Assembly: GCA_027491915.1 (NCBI GenBank)
Contig: JAOZGC010000002.1
Location: 96,001-160,000 of the forward strand
Length of the DNA stretch: 64,000 bases
Direction of reading: 5' to 3'
Source: Thermoproteota archaeon
Lineage (GTDB): Archaea; Korarchaeota; Korarchaeia; Korarchaeales; Korarchaeaceae
Shown piece after piece: positions 1 to 9,027 of the stretch. Every line of letters starts with the position of its first letter. Position 1 is the first letter of the stretch. A program made the position numbers and the translations under genes. The notes beneath the pieces are model-generated. The model was given only the letters and a program-made list of their open reading frames with translations. It was not told the origin of the DNA and did no database searches.

Positions 1-1
1 C

Positions 2-337
2 TATCGGGAGCCTGGCCCCGACCGCCCAGTGCAGCACCTCGTGCATGAGCAGGAGCCCCTGGCTGGCCGTGGCCGTGAAGGCCCTGGCGCCCACGGTGGA
101 GGCCCCTATGGCCGCCGCCATCGCGCTGTGCTCGCTCTCGACCCTTATGTACCTGGCGTCGAGCTCTCCCCTCTCTATGAAGTCGGCCAGATACTCCACT
201 ATGGTGGTCTGGGGGGTTATGGGGTAGGCCGGGACCACCTGCACCCTGGCCAGCCTGGCGGCGTGGGCGACCGCGTGGTTCGCGGTTATTATGTCCCACC
301 TTCCCCCCTCAGCCAGCCTGGAAGCCTGCGCGGTCAA
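2..337 (-). CDS. porA: pyruvate/2-oxoacid:ferredoxin oxidoreductase alpha subunit, 5' part (runs off window edge; not in ORF track)
   Basis: Manual translation from TTG at 337 (overlaps the porD stop) gives ...[32 protein letters not shown]...VESEHSAM...[17 protein letters not shown], with the PorA YPITP and ESEH motifs. Confidence 0.93.
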   Translation of the reverse strand, partial: MTAQASRLAEGGRWDIITANHAVAHAARLARVQVVPAYPITPQTTIVEYLADFIERGELDARYIRVESEHSAMAAAIGASTVGARAFTATASQGLLLMHEVLHWAVGARLPI

Positions 338-606
338 AGGGAGTTCCCCCTCCCCTCGGGAACCATCTCTATGGCCTTGGTGGGACATTCATTGGCGCAC
401 ATGCCGCACCCCTTGCAGTAAGTGTAGTCTATCTCCGGGAATCCGTCCGCTCCCTCGCTTATCACCTCCTCCTGACAGTACAACCAGCACAGCCAACACT
501 TCACGCACTTCTCCTTATTTATCACCGGCCTGAAGACCCTCCAGATGCCTGTCTCGCCCGAGGCCCCGGCTTCTGGGAGGGACACCGGGATCACGTTTGT
601 AGCCAC
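334..606 (-). CDS. porD: 2-oxoacid:ferredoxin oxidoreductase delta subunit (2x[4Fe-4S])
   Basis: [26 protein letters not shown]...[17 protein letters not shown]. Confidence 0.93.
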   Translation of the reverse strand: MATNVIPVSLPEAGASGETGIWRVFRPVINKEKCVKCWLCWLYCQEEVISEGADGFPEIDYTYCKGCGMCANECPTKAIEMVPEGRGNSL

Positions 607-711
607 CGGTCTGTCACCTGGCCGCCGACGCCCCGGTCGAATAAAATATGTACCAGTCGGAGGACTGCGGCAGGAGGGGCGCGCGCAGGGATCAAAAAGT
701 TTGGAGGGGGC

Positions 712-990
712 TCACAGGCCCCGCTCTGGCCTGGGCCGCCTCTCGGGGATGCTTTCCTCCTTAACGGAGATGCTCTTCCCCTCGAACTCCAGCTCGAGGG
801 TTCCCCCTCCCAGAGAGCCCGGCTTGACGCTGACCTCTATCGGAACCTCGGACCTCATCGGGTAGAATATCTTCCACACAGCCGACTTGAGACCGGGCTG
901 CTTCTGGTCCAGGAACTCCAGTATCCGATCCGTCATGGGAACTCCGACGCGCCTCGCGGACATATGCACCACCTCTGGCGGGGCCACCAT
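712..990 (-). CDS. hypothetical protein (92 aa)
   Basis: Protein-like composition; TTTAAA box at about 1023-1028 upstream; no family recognised. Confidence 0.6.
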   Translation of the reverse strand: MVAPPEVVHMSARRVGVPMTDRILEFLDQKQPGLKSAVWKIFYPMRSEVPIEVSVKPGSLGGGTLELEFEGKSISVKEESIPERRPRPERGL

Positions 991-1101
991 TCGAGTGACC
1001 TTGGGTTGGACGGTGCATCCCCTTTAAAATATTATGCGGTCTTCCCCACCGGCAGAGCCGAATCTCCGGCTGCCGGAGTCAGCCTGACGTCGAATCTCAG
1101 A

Positions 1102-1140
1102 TTTATATCTTTGTCCGACCTTAACAACAGGGGGAGGTGA
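1102..1140 (+). promoter_or_regulatory. TATA box (TTTATAT 1102-1108) and Shine-Dalgarno (GGAGGTGA 1133-1140) for the small ORF at 1147
   Basis: Consensus-like archaeal elements at plausible spacing. Confidence 0.55.
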
Positions 1141-1146
1141 GCCGCG

Positions 1147-1293
1147 ATGCCTTCGATTCTCCCCGATCAGATCGATGACTGGGATACCGCGCTGTACTTC
1201 GTCTACCTCTACCTGGCCGAGGAGGAGGAACCCCCAGGGGCCAGGGTGAGGGGATCCGGCGAGAAGAGCCGCAGGCTCGAGGTGCTCGTGTAG
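1147..1293 (+). CDS. small hypothetical protein (48 aa, below ORF-track cutoff)
   Basis: MPSILPDQIDDWDTALYFVYLYLAEEEEPPGARVRGSGEKSRRLEVLV*; strong SD 6 nt upstream and a TATA box; fills an otherwise empty gap. Confidence 0.65.
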   Translation: MPSILPDQIDDWDTALYFVYLYLAEEEEPPGARVRGSGEKSRRLEVLV

Positions 1294-1327
1294 GGGTAAT
1301 AAACTGGGCCCCCGCCGCCCAGCCCCG

Positions 1328-2233
1328 ATGGCGCGCGCGATTAGGCCGGGTGGTCCCTGGGAGCCCAACCCCTCACTCTTTCTTGGATACAACCAGTCAT
1401 ACGAGAAGTCTAAGTACGTCGTGCTGCCGGTCCCCTCGGACTCAGGCTCGACCTGCCTCCCGGGTGCCAGGTTTGGCCCCCAGGAGCTGATATCCGCGAG
1501 CCGATTTCTCGAGCCCTACGACCCCGAACTGGATTTCTCTCCGGCCGACGCGGGCATCCACACCCTGCAGCCGCTGGAGCCAGTTCAGGGGGATCCGAGA
1601 TCGACAGCCGAGAGGGTCGGTAGGCAGGTGGCCGCAATATACAGCTCGAACAGGATCCCGGTCATAGTTGGGGGGGATCACTCGATCACTCCCGGGGCAG
1701 TATCAGCCCTGTCGTCGGAGCTCGGGGGAGACCTGAACCTCGTGGTCTTGGACGCCCACCTGGACCTCTACGACGAGTACGGCGGCTCGCGTTTCAGCCA
1801 CGCCTGCGCGATCCGCAGGGCCGCAGAGGCCAGCCGAAAGACGGTCATAATCGGCGTTAGATCGGCAGGGATAGAAGAAATCACCTTTCTGCGGAATTCA
1901 AGCGGCATTCAGGCAATCTGGAGTCGGGAGATCAGGGACGGGGGGGTGGACGTGATCTCTGAGGCGATGAGGAGGTTGCCCCCTCATCCGACCTACCTGA
2001 GCCTGGATCTGGACGTCATGGACCCCGGCGCCATGCCCTGCGTCGGCTGTCCTGAACCTGGAGGCTTGGACTGGTGGGAGACCACCGGAGTGTTGGAAGC
2101 TGTATTCAGGCTGGTCGACGTGATCGCCTTCGACCTTACCGAGTTCACGCCGTGCCCCGGCTCAGGCCTGAGCTCGGCCTACACGGCCGCCAAGCTGCTC
2201 TACAAGATGATCGCCCTCTCCGAGCTTAGTTAG
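1328..2233 (+). CDS. speB: agmatinase (ureohydrolase family)
   Basis: GGDHSIT, DAHLD, SHAC, SLDLDVMDP and PEPGGL motifs. Confidence 0.92.
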   Translation: MARAIRPGGPWEPNPSLFLGYNQSYEKSKYVVLPVPSDSGSTCLPGARFGPQELISASRFLEPYDPELDFSPADAGIHTLQPLEPVQGDPRSTAERVGRQVAAIYSSNRIPVIVGGDHSITPGAVSALSSELGGDLNLVVLDAHLDLYDEYGGSRFSHACAIRRAAEASRKTVIIGVRSAGIEEITFLRNSSGIQAIWSREIRDGGVDVISEAMRRLPPHPTYLSLDLDVMDPGAMPCVGCPEPGGLDWWETTGVLEAVFRLVDVIAFDLTEFTPCPGSGLSSAYTAAKLLYKMIALSELS

Positions 2234-2734
2234 GGCCGGGATCAGGAACTCGGCCAAGACGCCTAAGACCGCGATCTCGCCCCAGGCCTTGATCACGATC
2301 CCCATCACCACCCACTCACTCAGGTACGCATACTCCGCGCCCAAGAGCAGGGACCTCGCCATCTCCAGAGTGAAGTAAGTCAACACAGATTCCGGAATGT
2401 ACCCCACCAGAACGGCCAGGATTGGCCTGACTCCCCTCCTGAGGAGGAGACCCCAGACCACCCCGCTGATGGCTTTACCCGGGAATATGAGCGCCCCCAC
2501 CAGCGGCGGTAGGTAGCCCAGTAGGGAGTACCTGACAAACGGCGTCACGGAGACCGCGCATCCGACCAGCCCCCCCCACCCCGGCCCCATCAGGGCGGCC
2601 GCGGCCAGCGTACCGACGTGGCTAAGGTCTATCGCGATTTGGGGCGCCAGATTGCCTAGAGCCATCGAAAGAATCGCCAGGGCATTTCCCAGGGCCCCAA
2701 ACATGCCAGCCAGGGCGACCTCCCTCGTACTCAT
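2162..2734 (-). CDS. ECF transporter S component (substrate unknown)
   Basis: MSTREVALAGMFGAL N-terminus, IDLSHVGTLAAAALMGPGWGGLVG, about 5-6 TM helices. Confidence 0.75.
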   Translation of the reverse strand: MSTREVALAGMFGALGNALAILSMALGNLAPQIAIDLSHVGTLAAAALMGPGWGGLVGCAVSVTPFVRYSLLGYLPPLVGALIFPGKAISGVVWGLLLRRGVRPILAVLVGYIPESVLTYFTLEMARSLLLGAEYAYLSEWVVMGIVIKAWGEIAVLGVLAEFLIPALTKLGEGDHLVEQLGGRVGRAQA

Positions 2735-2775
2735 CTCGCTCTAGCCCACCCCGACCATATTTCTTATTTTTGGAT

Positions 2776-3918
2776 TTAAATCTCAATATTGGAAACTATC
2801 TCGGACGGGGACTCCCTCTCCCCCAGCCTCTCGAACAATGAGTGGACGAGATCCTCCAATCCGAATCCACTCTTGGCGGACACCAGAACCATCGGTATAT
2901 CCCTCACCTCCTCCCTCAAGGAGGCCACCCTGACCGCGAGGGCCCTCTCGTCCACCAGGTCCACCTTGTTCAACACCAGGATCAGGGAGTCCCTTGGGAC
3001 CCCTATCCTCTCTAGGATCTCCAGGGCCTCCCTCGTCTTGATCCTTATCATCTCCGCGCTGTCGGAGACGTCGGCGACCAGCAGGACGATGGAGGAGTTG
3101 ATCACGTCGAGCAGGTTAAGGTTGAAGGACTGTATTAGCCGAGGGTCCAGGTCGAGCACGAACCCTATGGTATCTACGAGGTATACCCTCCCTCCCGCCA
3201 GGCTGGCGTACTTGCTGGAAAGGGTGGTGAAGGGCTCGGGACTGACCGGCTTCCTCATCCCGGTGAGGGCGTTGAAGAGGCTGGTCTTCCCGGCGTTGTA
3301 ATATCCAGTCAGGGATACTATGCTTCCACCCTCCCTCTTTATCCTCTCTATCCTCAGCAGCTTGTCCCTGGTCAACTTCGCTATCTTATCTCGGAGGACC
3401 TTCATCCTCCTCTGCACCGCCCTCAGTTGGCTGTGATACGCGTATTCCCCCCCACCTCGAAAGCCAGCCTTCACCCTCATATACTTCATCCTGGCGGCCA
3501 GCTTTATGTCAGGGAACGATCTGGACAGCTCCGCCAGTTCTATCTGGAGCTTAGAGAGAATGTCCCTGGCGGCCATCCTGAATATCCTGAGCGTGACGTC
3601 GTACCTGTCCAGCACCTCCGTCCTCAAGACCCTCTCCAGGTTCCACCTCTGCTTGCTGCTGAGGACGTTGTAGAAGACTACCATGTCTGGCGAGAGCTTT
3701 CTGACCAGAGCCCTCACCTCTTCGACCTTCCCCCTGCCCAGGAGAAAGTTGGTCGTCGGCCTCCGCCTGACTTGGATCACCCTGTGAATTGTGGCCACTC
3801 CGAGCGTGTCGAGCAGTGACTCCAGCTCCGCCATCCTGATCTTGAACATTACGTGATCGTGCACGTCCGTCTTAAGCATCACCGTGATCGCGCGCCGTCT
3901 CTCCCTCCTCCTGGGCAT
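2776..3918 (-). CDS. hflX: ribosome-associated GTPase HflX
   Basis: LGRGKVEE, LQIELAEL, GGGE; G1 GYYNAGKTS, PFTTL, DTIGF, NKVD, VSAK. Confidence 0.92.
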   Translation of the reverse strand: MPRRRERRRAITVMLKTDVHDHVMFKIRMAELESLLDTLGVATIHRVIQVRRRPTTNFLLGRGKVEEVRALVRKLSPDMVVFYNVLSSKQRWNLERVLRTEVLDRYDVTLRIFRMAARDILSKLQIELAELSRSFPDIKLAARMKYMRVKAGFRGGGEYAYHSQLRAVQRRMKVLRDKIAKLTRDKLLRIERIKREGGSIVSLTGYYNAGKTSLFNALTGMRKPVSPEPFTTLSSKYASLAGGRVYLVDTIGFVLDLDPRLIQSFNLNLLDVINSSIVLLVADVSDSAEMIRIKTREALEILERIGVPRDSLILVLNKVDLVDERALAVRVASLREEVRDIPMVLVSAKSGFGLEDLVHSLFERLGERESPSEIVSNIEI

Positions 3919-3948
3919 TCTCTCTGACCCCGGCGGGAGGTGGCCAAT

Positions 3949-5304
3949 TTAATCTTCTCCAGCGCCGTCCGGGATGATCGGTCTCTCGAACAGGTCCCTA
4001 GGTCCCTTTACGGTCGCGTCTATCACGAGCTTTGATCGGGGCAGCTCCACTAGGGCCTTCCTGCCGTCTACCCTCATAACCCTCACGTTGCTGTGATCCA
4101 GGGTGGATCCCATGAGCCCCCTGATGACATGGTAATCCGAGGCGGGATCGGCCCTCTGAACCACGGCTGACATGACCTCACCGTAATCTGCCACGTTAAC
4201 GTCGGAATCGACAATTATGACTCTCTTCAGGCTCTTGTGGGCGTACATAGCTGCCAAGGCCACTGAGAGGGGCTGTCCCTCATCCTCCTTCTCTATCGAT
4301 ATGGCCACCTCCACCCACCCCCCGCCCGCGGGCGTCATGGCCACCCCCCTAACCTCGGCGAACTTGGATGCGGCCTCCCATATCAGGGGCTCCACGGGCA
4401 GCCCCATCAGGAGAGAGTGCTCTCTGCCCGCCGGGAGGATCGCGTGGTAGCATCCCCCCCTCTCGTACCTGATCTCCGACACCTCGAGGACCGGCTGCTT
4501 TCTCACGATATCCTTCCCCATTATCTCATAGAAGGGTCCCTCCTCGGCCAGCCTATCAGGGAATATCCTCCCCTCAAGCACCAGGTCGGCGTCCACCACC
4601 GCGTCCGCGTCCACCGTGTCGCATGGGGTCACCTCCACGGGAGAACCTGCCAATCCCCCGGCGATGCCCAACTTGTCCCCGTCTTCCTTCGGCGTGGCGG
4701 CGGCCACCATGATCTCCGGCCTGACTCCAATCGCGACCGAGACCTCCAGGGGTCGTCCTTCCCTGCCGGCCCTTGAGATCATCCTGTGGAGCCTCCTCCC
4801 CTCGACCGCCCTGAGGACCAACTCCCTCCTCCCTACAAGCAGCATCCTGTGGAAGGAGGCGCTGTGCGATCCGTCCTCATCCCTGGCTACGACGATGCTC
4901 GAGGTCATGTATGGACCCGGCTCCCCGACGTAATGCCTCAGGATAGGTATGCGTCGAAGGTCCACCTCGTCTCCCCCCACCTCAATCTCCCACTCCCAGT
5001 CGACCGTCTTGGGATCTAACCTCTTCCTGACCGCTTCGGCCATCTTACGCCACAGAAGTCTCTCTTCAACCCGCAGGGCCTCGGCCAGGAACTTTCTGCT
5101 TGCGGCCACTCCTCCAACGACCTTCAAATCTGCCGCGCTTCCGTCCCTGAGCCTCACATCCTCCATAGAGACTATCTTCGTGCCCTCCCACTTCTTTATC
5201 TCCCTGGCGGCCTCAAAGTCGACGCTCCTGGGATCGCTCACAACTTCTACAAACTCTGGCCGGATCTCGCTCAGGAATCCGCTAAGACCGCGGGTCGCGC
5301 GCAC
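3949..5304 (-). CDS. UbiD-family (prFMN-dependent) decarboxylase
   Basis: GPYMTSSIVVA, SFHRM, VLEG...EEGPFYE, IIVDSDVN, KLVIDAT. Confidence 0.88.
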   Translation of the reverse strand: MRATRGLSGFLSEIRPEFVEVVSDPRSVDFEAAREIKKWEGTKIVSMEDVRLRDGSAADLKVVGGVAASRKFLAEALRVEERLLWRKMAEAVRKRLDPKTVDWEWEIEVGGDEVDLRRIPILRHYVGEPGPYMTSSIVVARDEDGSHSASFHRMLLVGRRELVLRAVEGRRLHRMISRAGREGRPLEVSVAIGVRPEIMVAAATPKEDGDKLGIAGGLAGSPVEVTPCDTVDADAVVDADLVLEGRIFPDRLAEEGPFYEIMGKDIVRKQPVLEVSEIRYERGGCYHAILPAGREHSLLMGLPVEPLIWEAASKFAEVRGVAMTPAGGGWVEVAISIEKEDEGQPLSVALAAMYAHKSLKRVIIVDSDVNVADYGEVMSAVVQRADPASDYHVIRGLMGSTLDHSNVRVMRVDGRKALVELPRSKLVIDATVKGPRDLFERPIIPDGAGED

Positions 5305-5366
5305 TCTAATATATCCGGTCGCCAGTTTATATAGGACGACGGGTCCGCCCGCGAACGGGGGGGAAC

Positions 5367-6662
5367 TTGTTCAGGTTCTCCAAAACCCACTACGCCTCCG
5401 AGGCCCTCGGGCTCGGGGAGGGATCCAGGGTCAGGCTGGCCGGTTGGATCTTCAGGAAGAGGGAGCTCGGGGGGGTCATCTTCATAGTCCTCAGGGACTC
5501 TACCGGCAGCATACAGGTCGTGGTTAGGGAGCCGGAAATAGGTCCATCTCAACTCAGATCCGCCAGGGAGGCCGGGTTAGAGAGTTCCATAATCGTGGAG
5601 GGCGTGATCAGGAAGGATCCCAGAGCCCCAGGGGGAACCGAGGTCTTGGCCAACTCTCTGGAGGTGGTGGGAGAATCCGACAACTATCCGATAAGGAAGG
5701 GGGCCGGAGAGGAGTTCCTGCTGGACAATCGTCACCTCCATCTGAGGAGCAGGAGCATGTGGGCCATACTGAGGATCAGGGCCGAGGCCCTGCGGGCCGC
5801 CAGGGAGTGGTTCGATTCCAACGGATTCACGTCCGTGGAGGCCCCGAGCATAGTAGGGGCGGCCGTAGAGGGGGGAGCCACCCTCTTCGAGATAAACTAC
5901 TTCGGCAAGAAAGCCTATCTTACCCAGAGCTCCCAGTTCTACTTGGAGGCCGCCATATTCTCTTTGGAGAACGTGTACACGATACAACCTAGTTTCAGGG
6001 CGGAGAAATCCCGGACCAGGCGGCACCTCACGGAATTCTGGCACGTGGAGGCCGAGATGGCCTGGGCGGATCTGAACGGGGTCATGGAGGTAGTCGAGGG
6101 GCTCGTGGGTCACATGGCATCGGCCGTGGCCGAGAGAGGGGCGGAGGAGTTGGAGATACTGGGCAGAAGGTTCGACCCACCCGATACCCCCTTCCCCCGC
6201 ATATCCTACGACGAGGCCGTGGACATCGCCAAGAGGAAGGGGGTGGACATAGAGTGGGGGGACGACCTATCCACAGAGGCCGAGAGGGCCGTCTCCCTAG
6301 AGTTCGACTCCCCCGTCTTCGTTCACAGGTATCCCAAGTCGGCGAAGGCCTTCTATCACATGCCAGATCCATCCAGACCGGAGGTGGTGCTCTGCGTCGA
6401 CCTGCTTGCTCCGGAGGGGATAGGAGAGATAGTCGGAGGTGGACAGAGGATCCACGACTACGACCTCCTGGTTCAGAGGATAAGGGAGGAGGGCCTCAAC
6501 GTCGAGGACTACAAGTGGTACCTGGACCTGAGGAAGTACGGATCGGTTCCCCACGGCGGGTTCGGCCTGGGCCTGGAGAGGACCGTCAGGTGGATTGCCG
6601 GTCTCCCCCACATCAGGGCCGCCGTTCCGTTCCCGAGGACCATAACCAGGGTGACCCCCTAA
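5367..6662 (+). CDS. asnS: asparagine--tRNA ligase
   Basis: OB-fold N-terminus; YLTQSSQFYLE, SFRAEKSRTRRHLTEFWHVEAE, YGSVPHGGFGLGLER. Confidence 0.9.
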   Translation: MFRFSKTHYASEALGLGEGSRVRLAGWIFRKRELGGVIFIVLRDSTGSIQVVVREPEIGPSQLRSAREAGLESSIIVEGVIRKDPRAPGGTEVLANSLEVVGESDNYPIRKGAGEEFLLDNRHLHLRSRSMWAILRIRAEALRAAREWFDSNGFTSVEAPSIVGAAVEGGATLFEINYFGKKAYLTQSSQFYLEAAIFSLENVYTIQPSFRAEKSRTRRHLTEFWHVEAEMAWADLNGVMEVVEGLVGHMASAVAERGAEELEILGRRFDPPDTPFPRISYDEAVDIAKRKGVDIEWGDDLSTEAERAVSLEFDSPVFVHRYPKSAKAFYHMPDPSRPEVVLCVDLLAPEGIGEIVGGGQRIHDYDLLVQRIREEGLNVEDYKWYLDLRKYGSVPHGGFGLGLERTVRWIAGLPHIRAAVPFPRTITRVTP

Positions 6663-7288
6663 ATCGGCAGCCCCCTCTCCTCCCCCCTCTTCTCTCCCAC
6701 CTCCCTCAACAGGGCCTTGAACTCCCTTGCCCTCTTATCCCCTATTACCTCCCTCAACTCCGGGATCCCCGCGGCGAACACCCTCTCTAGGCTGCCGAAT
6801 CTCTCCAGCAGCCTCTCGGCCAGCCTGGGACCTATCCCGGGAAACGCCTCCAGAACGGCCACGCGCCTCTCCTTGGGGTTGACCCTCCTCCTGATCCTGG
6901 CCGCCGGGAGAAGAGATCCGACCGGCTCCAGTCTGGCCAGCGCCTCCAGGAATCTGGGACCCGTGCCCTCGGGAATGCAGACTATTGGGACCCCCGACAC
7001 GATCGACTTGGCGGCGGCCCCTACCACCACCTTCCTCTCCCTCTCGCTCAGTGAGGGCAGGGGCACCTCCACCATCACGAGCCCGCCGCCCCGCGCCTCC
7101 ACCATCCTGCGGATTTGATCAAATAATCTACCATCATACACCGATTTTAGAAAGTCTTTTAGAGTTTTCCTCTCAATGCATATAACTCCATTGACTATAT
7201 AGTCGCACGGATCAAGCTTTCTCCTCTCAACGGGGATCCCTCCCTCCCTCAACTTCCTGTAAACCCCATTCGGCTCTCCAGAATCCAC
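6659..7288 (-). CDS. xpf: short XPF/ERCC4 structure-specific endonuclease (nuclease + HhH2)
   Basis: CDYIV...IERKTLKDFLKSVYDGRLFDQ; FPGIGPRLAERLLERFGS; no helicase domain. Confidence 0.88.
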   Translation of the reverse strand: MDSGEPNGVYRKLREGGIPVERRKLDPCDYIVNGVICIERKTLKDFLKSVYDGRLFDQIRRMVEARGGGLVMVEVPLPSLSERERKVVVGAAAKSIVSGVPIVCIPEGTGPRFLEALARLEPVGSLLPAARIRRRVNPKERRVAVLEAFPGIGPRLAERLLERFGSLERVFAAGIPELREVIGDKRAREFKALLREVGEKRGEERGLPI

Positions 7289-7290
7289 GA

Positions 7291-9027
7291 CTATCCTTCT
7301 CGGCCCGCTTGCCCTGGTCGTCTTTCCTCACCGCCCAAGTATCCCTCAATCTCGCTGATTACCATCTCAGATTCCTCCAACGGGTCGGCCTCCTCAAGGT
7401 AATCTGCGAACATTACGACCACGGAAGAGGACTCGTCATACCTCAGGTTTCCGCCCGCCCTGATCTCCTTCCCGATCAACCTGGAACTGACCTCGTCAGC
7501 TGGCATTGAATCCTCAGGAAAGCCCTCCTGCTCTATTATCTCCAACACCTCACCTGGCGACTTGCCAAGCACCTCCTCCGCCCTGTCTCCCGTGAATATC
7601 ACCCTGGCCACGCCAGCCCCATCGTCCACCCAGAGGTGAAAGGTGAGCGACGGGCGCGCCTCCTCCACCTCGCCGCAGTTGGGGCACGCGAAGACCCCGT
7701 ACTCCCTCCTCACCTTGGACCCGCACCTATTGCAGTGCCAAGTCACCCTGACGAATCCGGAAGTTCCGACGACCGTTCCCCGGATCTCCCTGTAACCCTC
7801 TCCCTGGCTGAGATCCAGCCAGGTCCTCGGGTACCTGAGCGAGTAGGCTATCCTCTCGGCCGACGCGGGTACCCTCCCCTCGCCTTGGGAGATCACCTCT
7901 ATATTCCCATAATCCCCAACGTTGGCGATTTTGGAGTCTCCCCCCACGGTCCAGAAGACGTTGCTGATCCTCACAGTGGCGGGCAGGTCGAGTCCGATCA
8001 CCTCGTCCACCCTGTTTCCCCACGCCCTCACCAGCCTGGGTCCCTCCTCCGTGATGAGCAGGAAGTCTACCATCCTCTTTCCGCTGGGCCTCTCGCTCGG
8101 TCTGAACACGTAGACTATCCTGCCCTTCAGGTCGGATGATAGGCCGCCCTTCCCCTCCTCCTCCACCTCGACGCTGGTCCTTGGGGTGCTGTGGATCTCG
8201 ATCTCCCCATTTCTCAGCGATACTCTGCAAGCCCTTATCGTGATCTTCGACCCGACCGGAACCGACGACAGGAGGTTCACCGCGTCCCCCCAGAACACTA
8301 CCCTGATCTCCTCCTCCATGGAGCAATCTGACAGTATCGCGGTCGCCATCCTCCCAACCGACCCGTCCCTCCTGGTGAACTCCCTCTCGCCGCTCACCAC
8401 GGTCAGGATACCCCTGACGTCCACTTCCTCCCCCACTGTGTCCTCAGTGACCTCGTGCACCTCCAATACCGGATGGGCGGGCAGCGGGAACTCCGGGTGA
8501 TCTCCGGGAATCTTCTCTATTGTCGACTCCGATCCGACGTGAATCACCTTGGAACCGTCCATCCTCTTTCCTATCCTGGCGTTGACTATCTCAACGACGT
8601 CTCCCTCCTTGAACTCCCCAGAGGAGAATCGGCCCACTTTTCCCTCATCCCAAACTATGGTGAGCACGTCTCCCGTGCTGTCAGAGAGCATGAACTCTAT
8701 CCTCACTCCCTCTGTTCCGTCCCTCCTGGCGTATCTTATCGGTCTGTATAGTCTGGTAATCCTCCCAACCACGCGGGCTCTTCTCATCCCAGGTATCAGC
8801 TTGGATATGCTCACGATCCTCGGCCCCTGAGATTCCCCGCCCATTACAGGAGCTAGAGATAGACCGAGTTCCTTGGCCACCATGTATAGAGCGGCGTCGG
8901 CGCTTATCATCCCAGAGTACCTCTCTATATAGGACTCGGCGATCGATCTTATCTCCTCGGGGGTCCTACCGGAGGCTTCACTTATCTTCCTCAGGAGGCC
9001 CTCATCCCAACCTTGTTCATATCCCAA
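7291..9027 (-). CDS. rpa: replication protein A (multiple OB folds + Zn finger)
   Basis: Repeated OB folds (LSDSTG..IVWD, REFTRRDGSVG..IRVVFWGD); CNRC..CPNC; C-terminal VDDGAG OB fold. Confidence 0.85.
   Translation of the reverse strand: MGYEQGWDEGLLRKISEASGRTPEEIRSIAESYIERYSGMISADAALYMVAKELGLSLAPVMGGESQGPRIVSISKLIPGMRRARVVGRITRLYRPIRYARRDGTEGVRIEFMLSDSTGDVLTIVWDEGKVGRFSSGEFKEGDVVEIVNARIGKRMDGSKVIHVGSESTIEKIPGDHPEFPLPAHPVLEVHEVTEDTVGEEVDVRGILTVVSGEREFTRRDGSVGRMATAILSDCSMEEEIRVVFWGDAVNLLSSVPVGSKITIRACRVSLRNGEIEIHSTPRTSVEVEEEGKGGLSSDLKGRIVYVFRPSERPSGKRMVDFLLITEEGPRLVRAWGNRVDEVIGLDLPATVRISNVFWTVGGDSKIANVGDYGNIEVISQGEGRVPASAERIAYSLRYPRTWLDLSQGEGYREIRGTVVGTSGFVRVTWHCNRCGSKVRREYGVFACPNCGEVEEARPSLTFHLWVDDGAGVARVIFTGDRAEEVLGKSPGEVLEIIEQEGFPEDSMPADEVSSRLIGKEIRAGGNLRYDESSSVVVMFADYLEEADPLEESEMVISEIEGYLGGEERRPGQAGREG

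Noticed and set aside
712-990. Candidate arcadin-1 for the crenactin
   Set aside because: No recognisable similarity to arcadin-1 as recalled, and about 10 kb from the actin gene; left as hypothetical
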